A DNA stretch of 64,000 bases from a virus. Taxonomy: Duplodnaviria; Caudoviricetes. Location: positions 1 through 64,000 of the IMG/VR virus record IMGVR_UViG_3300022555_000031. One strand, written 5' to 3'. Positions 45,301-51,948 of this stretch are shown here, one piece after another; position 1 is the first letter of the stretch; each line of letters begins with the position of its first letter. Under the pieces are notes generated by a model. It did not search any database. It had not been told where the DNA came from and saw only the letters and a list, made by a program, of their open reading frames with translations. The position numbers and the translations under genes are program-made.

Positions 45301-47416
45301 GGTAGCGAAGAAGATACCAACTACAAAAACCAAGACACCGATAAAACTCTACTACAACGACCACGTGAAAGAGTTCGCCATCTTCAGGAAGCCAGTAAAG
45401 AAGAAAGCGGATGCCGTGGATGCACCGAAGGGGCAGTGGCAGGATAGTAGCCTGTTGTCTCATGAATACGGAATTACATTAGGCCCGTCGATGGCGAGCA
45501 TTGGATGTTATTATCCAGATGAATCCGAGAAGAGCCTAAGGCTTCTCTATATAATATCTCGTAGACACGTTAGCACTTGTTATTTGCAAGGTAAAGATGA
45601 TGGATACGTTGAGGAGCTGGTTGATACTCTCGCACGTTATCTTATGCGACAAGTGGCAGACGAAGGGATTACTATAGAAGATTTAATGAGAGAGTATGCC
45701 AACCACACACGGGACTTTAATGAGACAGTTGAGCGGGTGCAAAATTCAATTGGCAATATCCTGTTACGAGAGGGGAGCCTGGAGAAGAAGTCTGAGTATG
45801 ATTTTAACCATGGACAGTGGCCGATGGCGGGGATGATTGGTGGAGTTGGGGAATTTGCCCGAGAAGACGGTCAAGGCCTCGGGCACCATTACAAATTAGA
45901 CCTGGACGGTTACACCCGTGTCGGCTGTTTCGATGGAGGGGTAGATAATAAAGACCATCAGTGGAAGGTATACTTCTTAGGTAGGGCAGTAGTAATTATT
46001 ACGGATTTTAATTATAGCTGGGAATACGCTGAGGGAGCTGTTAACGCTATCGGCAGGCATTTAGTTGAACAGACCAAGACCGATGGAGTTACCTTTGAGA
46101 CAATCACCAACGGGTTTGAATGGGATAGACGCAAGTTCAGGGAGATGGTCCAGTCGGTTGGCAGTTCAGTCCTACCGCCCCTGTTAAGGGAGGGGAGTGC
46201 GGTCGGGACCCGTGAGGATGCCAGCAAACTGAGTCTGGGTGGAGATTATTGGTGGAGGGGAATAACGGAAGACGAGGCGAAGTACATAATAGAGAACAAC
46301 AAGTTTAAGTATCATTCCGATGTGCCGATATACTGTGACCCCGAGGTTATGGAGTTCTTGGGAATGACCGATGAAGAAGGCGAGGAGATAGAGAGATATA
46401 TCGGCAAGCGGAAGGTGGTTAACGTTACCAAGGACCTTGAGAACGCCAGGGGTTATGGGCCGTATGTTGTAGCGGTGCCACGGGATGCAGTTGAAGAGTA
46501 TGACCAGTATGGGTTTGTGTTATTCGAGACCCCAGTGAGCAAGGTGTTTGATTCAGGGGACGCCCTTGCCGTCCGAGAGGCCAAGTTGAATGTTGGTGAA
46601 CTTGTGTGGGGTTCACACGATAACGGTGACGAGTATTGCGAGATGCAACTGCTCCCAGATAACTCACGTGGAACGGGCGGTGTCTCGCTTGTTGCTCAGA
46701 GGAACTGGATGAAAGAGTGGAACCTATTCCTGAATCAAAGGGATGGTAGAATTATATCACTGCAAATGCCAGGTGACCCCAGTAGTGAGATGATAGAAAA
46801 TCTTGTTAGGGGAGTTGCGAGGCGACTGATACCGCTCGGCATTGATATGTTTGGCGGGAGTAATTTCATCCACGCCTTAGAGGAGACCCAAGGAGATATC
46901 CCGACGATACTGAGGGAAGGTAAAAAGAAATCACTCATTGACGACGTGAAGCAGGTTGAGCACACGTGGTCGCTCACACCGAGCGACGGGGATTCATGGG
47001 AGATACCGAAACCGATACTCAATGAAGTGAAGGGTGACTACGAGAATATGAGTACCAAGAAGTTCCTGGAGAAGTGGTGGGAGGTTATTACTGAGCTTCC
47101 GTGGAGACCCGAGGATTACGAAGGACTGTTTAACGAGGGAGGGAATGTAGATGATTACAATGGGTTTGGCATAGACATAGACCATTCTTACTGGATTCAG
47201 ATGAAAGACGGCGGGGAGCTCTTTATAGATTACTATGGATTTTATGAGGGTGGTGAGCCACAGATGAACGTTTCGACTCCGCAGGCGGATGCACTCTTCC
47301 GTATGTTAAAGTATGGCGGTGACGGTAACGACGAGTCGGAGGAAATCATGGACCAGTTGGAGCAGATGGTGGAACCGTTGAACATCTTACTGAGAGAGGG
47401 TAAAAAGATTGACTAA
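39365..47416 (+). CDS. giant (2683 aa) modular protein: 12 NILLREG tags + 4 degenerate, tandem paralogous ~150-aa domains, ART-like domain
   Basis: Uninterrupted ORF; tags every ~150-176 aa through the first two-thirds; ends NILLREGKKID*. Confidence 0.9.
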   Translation: MTEQEINKIWELARSVNHSFQVNLSFERDGSDEKQINISADMAEELRKDLLSGDSKEEVYGRWYNRIPTSRALPSSGVVFFSLHEYYHINPSAGIYENVNYCLCTGYTREIPGRLVDVGPWMFSTSPSRFRNLLTQYEREYGRDKLIDLLNRLASQNILLREGSRKGAEKLIEKVKCEHQLTVTDATNDDSWACVIDSSLFKLKEIEADFANGDLGADGMVQKWWDLLGGSDEPTDVESIEIIKVYDVTLKDGDLIQMFFSFNGEYYEWVDMDTSGCGEDSDGEIFQDEIDRMSDMARIQMLDSFLEGENILLREGSRKGAEKLIACAERSHQLFMESEEYGKECWEVGNDLIGDVEADFNNLDIDGDTFVLKWRGQLGGDGVRLNTDTVKLFRKYNVTFQDGGSCWITFVRKLNRPEYGGPITDAVYGGGDVAKFERHIQSMSDSEIINMLDDFLEGENILLREGSLKGADKLIDRVTRKHYLDLEGGFGADSYDIEIGSGSYLEVVADYLNDNVTVGDLIGKWWGPLTDKPKPETLHLVGSIGVQKVLDIRVKDGGLVRVTLELNKVSQCYELLRVDEMVQSLDSNSLLDEMEEVPNSEWLFLLVPKIEGENILLREGMNKRAQLDSSHIMDVKRNNRIEVMVGDGEDRGDYTECSDDEFKELLADVSNNSITNEDFLRKWCPSVPGEEAYDLNMAIYSEYCITFADGGEIEFSLRYMGLQDTNLWRLHNPEVHVASDQSSAFMDYLTRPDMGAVTYSRMIPNEDVEQLNNLCGGTNILLREGTLKKADSVASMKRMDELTRSVTCERTFEVLALNADNPSREGSLDKKAMNTLQDMEGVVAWVSHKNILYLLPLNGDFGIEVEIPDSLIPDILIDFSNGNLSQQGIARTWWPDLSGGEQVPENEGCRLISQYAVEMSDGGACTVEYVSAPGLDGHSVHRITKESNDANVFYDLIFNYKDREVYEWLIDRVSGKNILLREGALGKEARVRLEDMSDQVEEITHENIFYVVRCATSENTDFEIPDDILAEVCHDYMSLRSAQEVIDKWWGKISTQPKPEDYEGVRIVSQYYVGMNDGGIGRLEFILDTVHGWSWLFHEEYQPSSAIRNLERLLSGVTASKAIDWLNTRMEGVNILLREGTVKTALEEYPLNRVNDKVTCVKSQLALVFHMYTYNERAEEIVVIPREYEKGVITDYVDQAIDISGMVEKWCPKLFEDGHRMRDGSALELCTGIDLLRQYIVATDDGGEMGFDYKCNTDPQDFIYYERGIMTETPHAKLVFDEIADDEDRLGWLNMWANGINILEREGSVKTAESDVEWDKISDMIEKVDYQLWIDYTGDSVYFDPLEVPRELEQEIIKEYHDLEGVGVEIGTIHAVQAFFDKWFPRLGVEEDIPTYNPNRDSWGFTTEYIVAVKGGGTVTVSAYGEPAEVTEDIREIDGYGEGQPYFEFYDAIGYAWEVDPERLRELLWNRYQGGQNILLREGRGSLFRGIDFSVVSGVDIHVYIEWEDQYDGRKRGHVELQGDDLRDASNIYRSWGEAPEYFKEHYLPKFIPEGMDIYPLYPKVTVEGTITTADGGKLRFDNSYLWQLGEPTPQSKKLCRKIYSRREAHCTADFVAWAVEFQEGSTNILLREGSQREVVPFYYPNVQVLLENFPQYEGRLQTVNPDEVREWISEVEGRAETKFNESISPEDYLSKDDSWAYNVLGNALGVCPIDYDDREEVFDYLKQFLINPLTTIDELFPRSDVVPPFERYLDEGKMRYAYEYLWDAGYERALSIDFCAQDYLDEAEGQMLICALFLVGDAEALAPASIWDKFFIKFSPKTTLEREGVRVEGMMRKASIEFTPIDLGGIVNAYDFMSVHPEYDPRKGGEVVDSGPIDRRRTVAKLVTILGTNGKHAVLLMDDGSRYLVGKKPFQLLHGAWEANLSGKGVTEKMEKLRDNLNEEQGEAEIDFVGEVDQHRADDLFKTWEELTPNEQVMVAKKIPTTKTKTPIKLYYNDHVKEFAIFRKPVKKKADAVDAPKGQWQDSSLLSHEYGITLGPSMASIGCYYPDESEKSLRLLYIISRRHVSTCYLQGKDDGYVEELVDTLARYLMRQVADEGITIEDLMREYANHTRDFNETVERVQNSIGNILLREGSLEKKSEYDFNHGQWPMAGMIGGVGEFAREDGQGLGHHYKLDLDGYTRVGCFDGGVDNKDHQWKVYFLGRAVVIITDFNYSWEYAEGAVNAIGRHLVEQTKTDGVTFETITNGFEWDRRKFREMVQSVGSSVLPPLLREGSAVGTREDASKLSLGGDYWWRGITEDEAKYIIENNKFKYHSDVPIYCDPEVMEFLGMTDEEGEEIERYIGKRKVVNVTKDLENARGYGPYVVAVPRDAVEEYDQYGFVLFETPVSKVFDSGDALAVREAKLNVGELVWGSHDNGDEYCEMQLLPDNSRGTGGVSLVAQRNWMKEWNLFLNQRDGRIISLQMPGDPSSEMIENLVRGVARRLIPLGIDMFGGSNFIHALEETQGDIPTILREGKKKSLIDDVKQVEHTWSLTPSDGDSWEIPKPILNEVKGDYENMSTKKFLEKWWEVITELPWRPEDYEGLFNEGGNVDDYNGFGIDIDHSYWIQMKDGGELFIDYYGFYEGGEPQMNVSTPQADALFRMLKYGGDGNDESEEIMDQLEQMVEPLNILLREGKKID

Positions 47417-47440
47417 GATATTTTGTTTATTTGCCAAATA

Positions 47441-47449
47441 TGCTATAAT
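47441..47449 (+). promoter_or_regulatory. extended -10 promoter
   Basis: TGcTATAAT preceded by palindrome TATTTG-C-CAAATA (47428-47440). Confidence 0.6.
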
Positions 47450-47481
47450 ACACACAAAGGGAATATATCTGGAGGACTCCT

Positions 47482-47766
47482 GTGGCCATATGTGAACACT
47501 GCGGGAAAGACATCTCCACTTTGAACAATGTTCAGAGTGGCTATGTGATATACGAGATGGATGCCAACGGCTCATATTCTCAAGTTGACGGCTTCGAACC
47601 AGACGGTAACATGAATGAGTGGCACTGTCCTAACTGTAGCTCCAACATTGCGTTGTGCGAAGAAGATGCGATGGAATTTTTAAGTAGAGGAGTCCCAGGG
47701 GACAACATTCTCACCCGAGAAGGTAAAACCAGGCGAGTAGCCTTCAAACGCAATCATACGTCTTAA
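47482..47766 (+). CDS. small Zn-ribbon protein with C-terminal NILTREG tag
   Basis: CEHCG...CPNC; tag at 47704; GTG start after GGAGG. Confidence 0.75.
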   Translation: MAICEHCGKDISTLNNVQSGYVIYEMDANGSYSQVDGFEPDGNMNEWHCPNCSSNIALCEEDAMEFLSRGVPGDNILTREGKTRRVAFKRNHTS

Positions 47767-47778
47767 TAGGAGGAAGTT

Positions 47779-48759
47779 ATGGCATTCACTCAAGACACTA
47801 CGAAATTAGGTGACAGGCCAGTTACGCTTGTCGCACAGCTTTATGACTCCGTTACACAAACCCACAAAGTAGTCCCGCTCAGATGCAAAGACAATGGAGA
47901 CGGGTCATGGTCGATGGATATTCAGGCGACCATAGAGACTGGCGATATAGAAATCGGAGCGGTTGAATTAAAGGACGCAGGCTCAGATACGAGAGTGAAA
48001 GTAAAAACCGATGGGACAGATAACGCCCTCGTGGTGATGCAGAATAACGGAGCAAAAGAAACTGGCGGTAACCTCGCAAGTATAAAAACAGATGTAGACA
48101 AAATCCCATCAAAGGGCACAGCGACGATGGTCGGCTCGATGCCCGTTACGATAGCTACTGATGACACACTCATGTCGGCAATGAAGGCCGACTTAGATAA
48201 GATACCTTCCTCGCCCGCAACTGAAGGCGGCAACCTGGCGACCATAGCAGGAAAAGATTTTGCAACACAAACGACCCTGTCTGCGTTGAACGCAAAAATC
48301 CCAGCGAGCCCAGCAACTGAAGGCGGTAATCTCGCAACGATTAAATCCAACACAGACAAACTTGACACGACTTTGTCAGCATTGGCAACGGCTATAGCAG
48401 GAGCGACTCCGAAGACACTTGCAGATGTAGTATCGGCAATCTCGGGGATTAGTGTTGGAGGAAATAAGATTACTCCAATAATTTCTGTAGTGGATATGAC
48501 GACACTTGGAACAGAATATTCACAAGCACTACCTGAAGGATGTAGTGGATTTACAGTTCAGTTGAGGGAAGATAGTGGTATTCTTAAGATAGCTTTTAAT
48601 ACAGGAGATATAGCGGCGGGCACTTATATTACTGTTAAGGCTGGAGGCTCTTGGTCAGAAGATGGAGTGAATTTGACGGGAAAGACTTTGTATCTTGTCA
48701 GTGATACAAATGCTGTCAATGCAGAAATTATTGCGTGGGCACCAGGAGGGTTAGCATAA
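47779..48759 (+). CDS. probable virion structural protein with internal GGNLA repeats
   Basis: [12 protein letters not shown] x2 and ETGGNLASI; Ala/Thr-rich; beta-rich C-terminal domain. Confidence 0.65.
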   Translation: MAFTQDTTKLGDRPVTLVAQLYDSVTQTHKVVPLRCKDNGDGSWSMDIQATIETGDIEIGAVELKDAGSDTRVKVKTDGTDNALVVMQNNGAKETGGNLASIKTDVDKIPSKGTATMVGSMPVTIATDDTLMSAMKADLDKIPSSPATEGGNLATIAGKDFATQTTLSALNAKIPASPATEGGNLATIKSNTDKLDTTLSALATAIAGATPKTLADVVSAISGISVGGNKITPIISVVDMTTLGTEYSQALPEGCSGFTVQLREDSGILKIAFNTGDIAAGTYITVKAGGSWSEDGVNLTGKTLYLVSDTNAVNAEIIAWAPGGLA

Positions 48760-50246
48760 TGTTAAAATCTAATCCATTATGGAAGCCGAGTAATGGGAAA
48801 ATAAGCCCAATAGGGGATAAGGTTGCTCAGGCGAATGTGCAAGATGTGGAAACTTTTACCGTTGCAGAAGATTTCGTATACGGTCAGGTTGGATATTTGA
48901 ATTCAGATGGCAAAATGACTTTAACGGATGGTTGGTTTGCTGGAACAAGTGATACGGTAGGAATTTGTATAGAACAGTCAATTTCCAGATTATCGTCTGG
49001 AAGATTTGTAAAAAAGGGCAGTGTTGTCAACAGTAGTTGGACTTGGTCTGTTCCAGGAAATCGTTTGTATTTAGCCTCGTCTGGAGGAACGCCAGCTAAT
49101 ATAGTTCCAGATATGGAAAGCAATGTGTCTCCTTATGGCGTCGTTTCGTCCTCATCGTCTGGAGATGGTGCGTTTATTGCGTTCGCCTATGATGGTTGGG
49201 GTGCGTATGGGCTGGGGTTGGCGGATGCGAATTGGATTCAGTATGATTATCCGTTTACTTCGTTTAGTCCAAGAGTGCAGAGGGTTCAGTTTGAGGCAAT
49301 GAGTGATGGGAGGGGGGTGAAAAGTCAACAGACCTTGGTAACAGTTCAAGCCAAGAGGAGAGATGATGGTTCATGGACAGAGATAATAAGTCAGAATATT
49401 TGGGTGTCATTGTATCCCAATAAGAAGCTGTATGACTTGCCGATTCCTTCAGAATATTGGGACGATGCTACAGTTTTTAATGCTTGGAGAATATCTTTGT
49501 CATCGTCACCTGGGTTGATTACATTTATTTCCAAATGTAGTTTTTGCTCGAAGAGTATTAGTGTCGGTTATATGCAAGAAAGTAAACCAGAACCATTAGC
49601 AACTATTGTTGCTACTATTAAATCGGCTACTGAAATTATGTTTGGTATAAGAGGACCCCAAGGAGACCAAGGTTGGCAAGGAGACCCAGGTCCTCAAGGA
49701 GACCCAGGACCCCAAGGAGACCAAGGATACCGAGGAGACCCAGGACCCCAAGGAGACCAAGGTTGGCAAGGAGACCCAGGTCCTCAAGGAGACCCAGGAC
49801 CCCAAGGAGACCCAGGTCCTCAAGGAGACCTAGGACCCCAAGGATACCCAGGAGACCCAGGATACCCAGGAGAACCAGGATACCCAGGTCCTCAAGGAGA
49901 CCCAGGACCCCAAGGAGACCAAGGTAATCCAGCTATTCCTTATTTTGTAGTTCCAGTTTCTTATACAGATACCCCAGTAGCAGTAGCAATTACGAATCCT
50001 GCTACGCTTTATACTGTTGATGCAAGTTCTGGGCAGGTTGATATGAATCTCCCACAGTCGAATACTTGTTTATCAGGTATGATGGTTATAGTTAAGAGGG
50101 TAGATAATATTGTAGCAAATGTGGTGAATATAAATCCGTTTTCTGGAGATGTGATAGATGGAGGAGGAAGGAAAGTTCTTGTTGCTCAAAATGATAAGAT
50201 AATTTTAGTAACAGATGCTTCAGGCAGATGGTTTATAATCGGTTAA
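48759..50246 (+). CDS. collagen-like fibre / decoration protein
   Basis: TAATG coupling (start revised from 48735); cement-like N-domain with nested discoidin-like insert, 32 Gly-X-Y triplets, beta-rich C-domain. Confidence 0.8.
   Translation: MLKSNPLWKPSNGKISPIGDKVAQANVQDVETFTVAEDFVYGQVGYLNSDGKMTLTDGWFAGTSDTVGICIEQSISRLSSGRFVKKGSVVNSSWTWSVPGNRLYLASSGGTPANIVPDMESNVSPYGVVSSSSSGDGAFIAFAYDGWGAYGLGLADANWIQYDYPFTSFSPRVQRVQFEAMSDGRGVKSQQTLVTVQAKRRDDGSWTEIISQNIWVSLYPNKKLYDLPIPSEYWDDATVFNAWRISLSSSPGLITFISKCSFCSKSISVGYMQESKPEPLATIVATIKSATEIMFGIRGPQGDQGWQGDPGPQGDPGPQGDQGYRGDPGPQGDQGWQGDPGPQGDPGPQGDPGPQGDLGPQGYPGDPGYPGEPGYPGPQGDPGPQGDQGNPAIPYFVVPVSYTDTPVAVAITNPATLYTVDASSGQVDMNLPQSNTCLSGMMVIVKRVDNIVANVVNINPFSGDVIDGGGRKVLVAQNDKIILVTDASGRWFIIG
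49644..49931 (+). repeat. collagen Gly-X-Y repeat region (9-nt period)
   Basis: 32 triplets, mostly GPQ/GDP/GDQ; DNA units GGAGACCCA/GGACCCCAA. Confidence 0.95.
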
Positions 50247-50258
50247 AGGAGGAATACA

Positions 50259-50471
50259 ATGGCAGATTTACAGGTAGTTCAAACTCAAGTATCACAAGTA
50301 AAGGTTGGAGCTGTTCAGGTAGGATTGAAGTCTGGAGATAGGATTGTAACAGTAATAAATCCGACTACTCTCGAAGGTGGAACTATTGTGACAGAGGGTA
50401 CTGTTCCAGCCGGAAAAACAATGAAGGGTTGGGCGGGTGCTGTTTCTGGACAATTAACAGATGCAAAGTGA
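50259..50471 (+). CDS. small beta-rich probable structural protein
   Basis: 70 aa, SD AAAGGAGG. Confidence 0.7.
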   Translation: MADLQVVQTQVSQVKVGAVQVGLKSGDRIVTVINPTTLEGGTIVTEGTVPAGKTMKGWAGAVSGQLTDAK

Positions 50472-50650
50472 GCAATGTCAGATAGCTTGAAATAGCTGAG
50501 TTAAAGATAGAACACTTAAAAGAAATTGTTGATTCTTTAGCTATTATGTTTGAGTTTAAGAAAAGATAGGAGGAAGGATGACAGTAGGTGCAGGCTTATA
50601 TAAACAAGTGCAAAGCGGTGAAGGCGAAATTTCCGAAGACGAGTAAATAA
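50468..50650 (+). pseudogene. decayed fibre-associated small gene (4 in-frame stops)
   Basis: One frame reads MSNVR*LEIAEL...DSLAIMFEFKKR*EEG*Q*VQAYINKCKAVKAKFPK; the YI..C.AVKAK.PK end is typical of genes following phage fibres. Confidence 0.5.
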
Positions 50651-50654
50651 TGAC

Positions 50655-50855
50655 ATGGATGCCCGTGGACATGAAATATTGCAAAGCATCAGCAGGAGGT
50701 ATCACGACCTCTTGAAGGTTGGGGTGGTGCCACTGACTATGAGTTTCAGGGAGTTCATAGTAGAGGACTTGAAGATAGATAATATCCCTGAAGAGGTGAA
50801 TGTCGAAAGGGAATACTTGCAACAGACGGAAGAGTTTACCGACCTGTGTAAGTAA
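50655..50855 (+). CDS. hypothetical protein
   Basis: 66-aa ORF filling gap. Confidence 0.55.
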   Translation: MDARGHEILQSISRRYHDLLKVGVVPLTMSFREFIVEDLKIDNIPEEVNVEREYLQQTEEFTDLCK

Positions 50856-50866
50856 AGGGGACGGCC

Positions 50867-51448
50867 ATGACGGAGATGAATGGACAGAAGTTCTACACAG
50901 AGGATGAAGTCGAGGGGTTAGTCGACCAGCGGGTGAAGTATAAGCGTCGGGAATCCGACAGGATTATCGGGGACACACTTCTCTCTCTCAATGGCACGCT
51001 CGAGACGTTCGGTAAGCAGATGCAAGGATACAGTAATCAGATGGTAGAGCTCACGGTTAACTTGAGGGATGTAACTCTTCACCTAAATAAGCATGATGCT
51101 ATTATTCACGGCAATGGCAGAGAGGGCATGATAACCTGCTTGTCGAAGACGGTAAGTTCGGTTGAGGCAGTCTGCAGGGATGTGTGGGATAAGGATAAGG
51201 GCCTGCCAGCCATCAATGCCAAGCTGGATGTCATTATGGAGAGGAAGAAGGATTACGATAAGAACCTGGTCGATGTGGAGAAGTTGAGAATCGAGGACTT
51301 GCACGCTATTAGGGCAGACATAGGAAGGGTGAAGGGACGAATTAACACTATCACCGCAGTATGGGGTGCGGTAGCAGGTATATGCGGATTCATTGTCGGG
51401 AAAGTTGCCGATGGGTTCATAGCCAATATGTTTAAGGGTAAGGGATGA
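50867..51448 (+). CDS. coiled-coil protein with C-terminal TM helix (holin-like)
   Basis: KRRESD motif, long heptad region, C-terminal AVWGAVAGICGFIVG TM. Confidence 0.55.
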   Translation: MTEMNGQKFYTEDEVEGLVDQRVKYKRRESDRIIGDTLLSLNGTLETFGKQMQGYSNQMVELTVNLRDVTLHLNKHDAIIHGNGREGMITCLSKTVSSVEAVCRDVWDKDKGLPAINAKLDVIMERKKDYDKNLVDVEKLRIEDLHAIRADIGRVKGRINTITAVWGAVAGICGFIVGKVADGFIANMFKGKG

Positions 51449-51500
51449 AAAAGTCAAAGTAAAGCATAAAAAGAAAACTAAGAATCAAGGGAGGAGTAAT

Positions 51501-51830
51501 ATGGGTGGAATATTATTCAAGATGCCCGATGTGGCACAGAAGTCAACCAAGTTGGACCCGAAGGCCTTGAAGGCCGACCTCTATTATCAAATGGAGGAGA
51601 ACAAACGGGAAGGCAGAATCCGCCAGGATATGGGGTTCTGCGAATACCTATCTAAATGCTACGATACGCTTGAGGGCAGGAAGGATGAGATTAAGGTCCT
51701 TCTGGGGGCGGGTAACCTGAATGTCAGCGGTTACAACGCCATGCTTGAAGAGATAAAACAAGTGCAGGACGTATTAAAAAATATTGACCGTGATTCGCCC
51801 ATCTCTGTTTTGTCGTCAAAGGTGCCATAA
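51501..51830 (+). CDS. hypothetical protein
   Basis: 109 aa, SD GGAGGAG. Confidence 0.7.
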   Translation: MGGILFKMPDVAQKSTKLDPKALKADLYYQMEENKREGRIRQDMGFCEYLSKCYDTLEGRKDEIKVLLGAGNLNVSGYNAMLEEIKQVQDVLKNIDRDSPISVLSSKVP

Positions 51831-51947
51831 ATGATTAAAGGCGGAAAGCATAGCGAGGAGACTAAGAGGAAAATGAGTGAGGCTCGCTCTGGTGAGCGTA
51901 ATGCTTTTTATGGAAAACGACATACAAGTGTCTTGGTCGGGAAGTGA
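51831..51947 (+). CDS. stand-alone NUMOD3 mini-protein (38 aa), homing-endonuclease remnant
   Basis: KHSEETKRKMSEARSGERNAFYGKRH = NUMOD3 consensus; TAAATG junction. Confidence 0.7.
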   Translation: MIKGGKHSEETKRKMSEARSGERNAFYGKRHTSVLVGK

Positions 51948-51948
51948 G

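Noticed and set aside
39365-47416. Diversity-generating retroelement behind the variable modules
   Set aside because: No reverse transcriptase and no near-identical template/variable repeat pair differing at adenines seen in this window.
49644-49931. Regular short repeats as CRISPR array or Arg/Pro-rich protein (49673-49927)
   Set aside because: The 9-nt periodicity is fully explained by collagen Gly-X-Y codons; there are no unique spacers, and the RP-rich ORF is an alternative frame.
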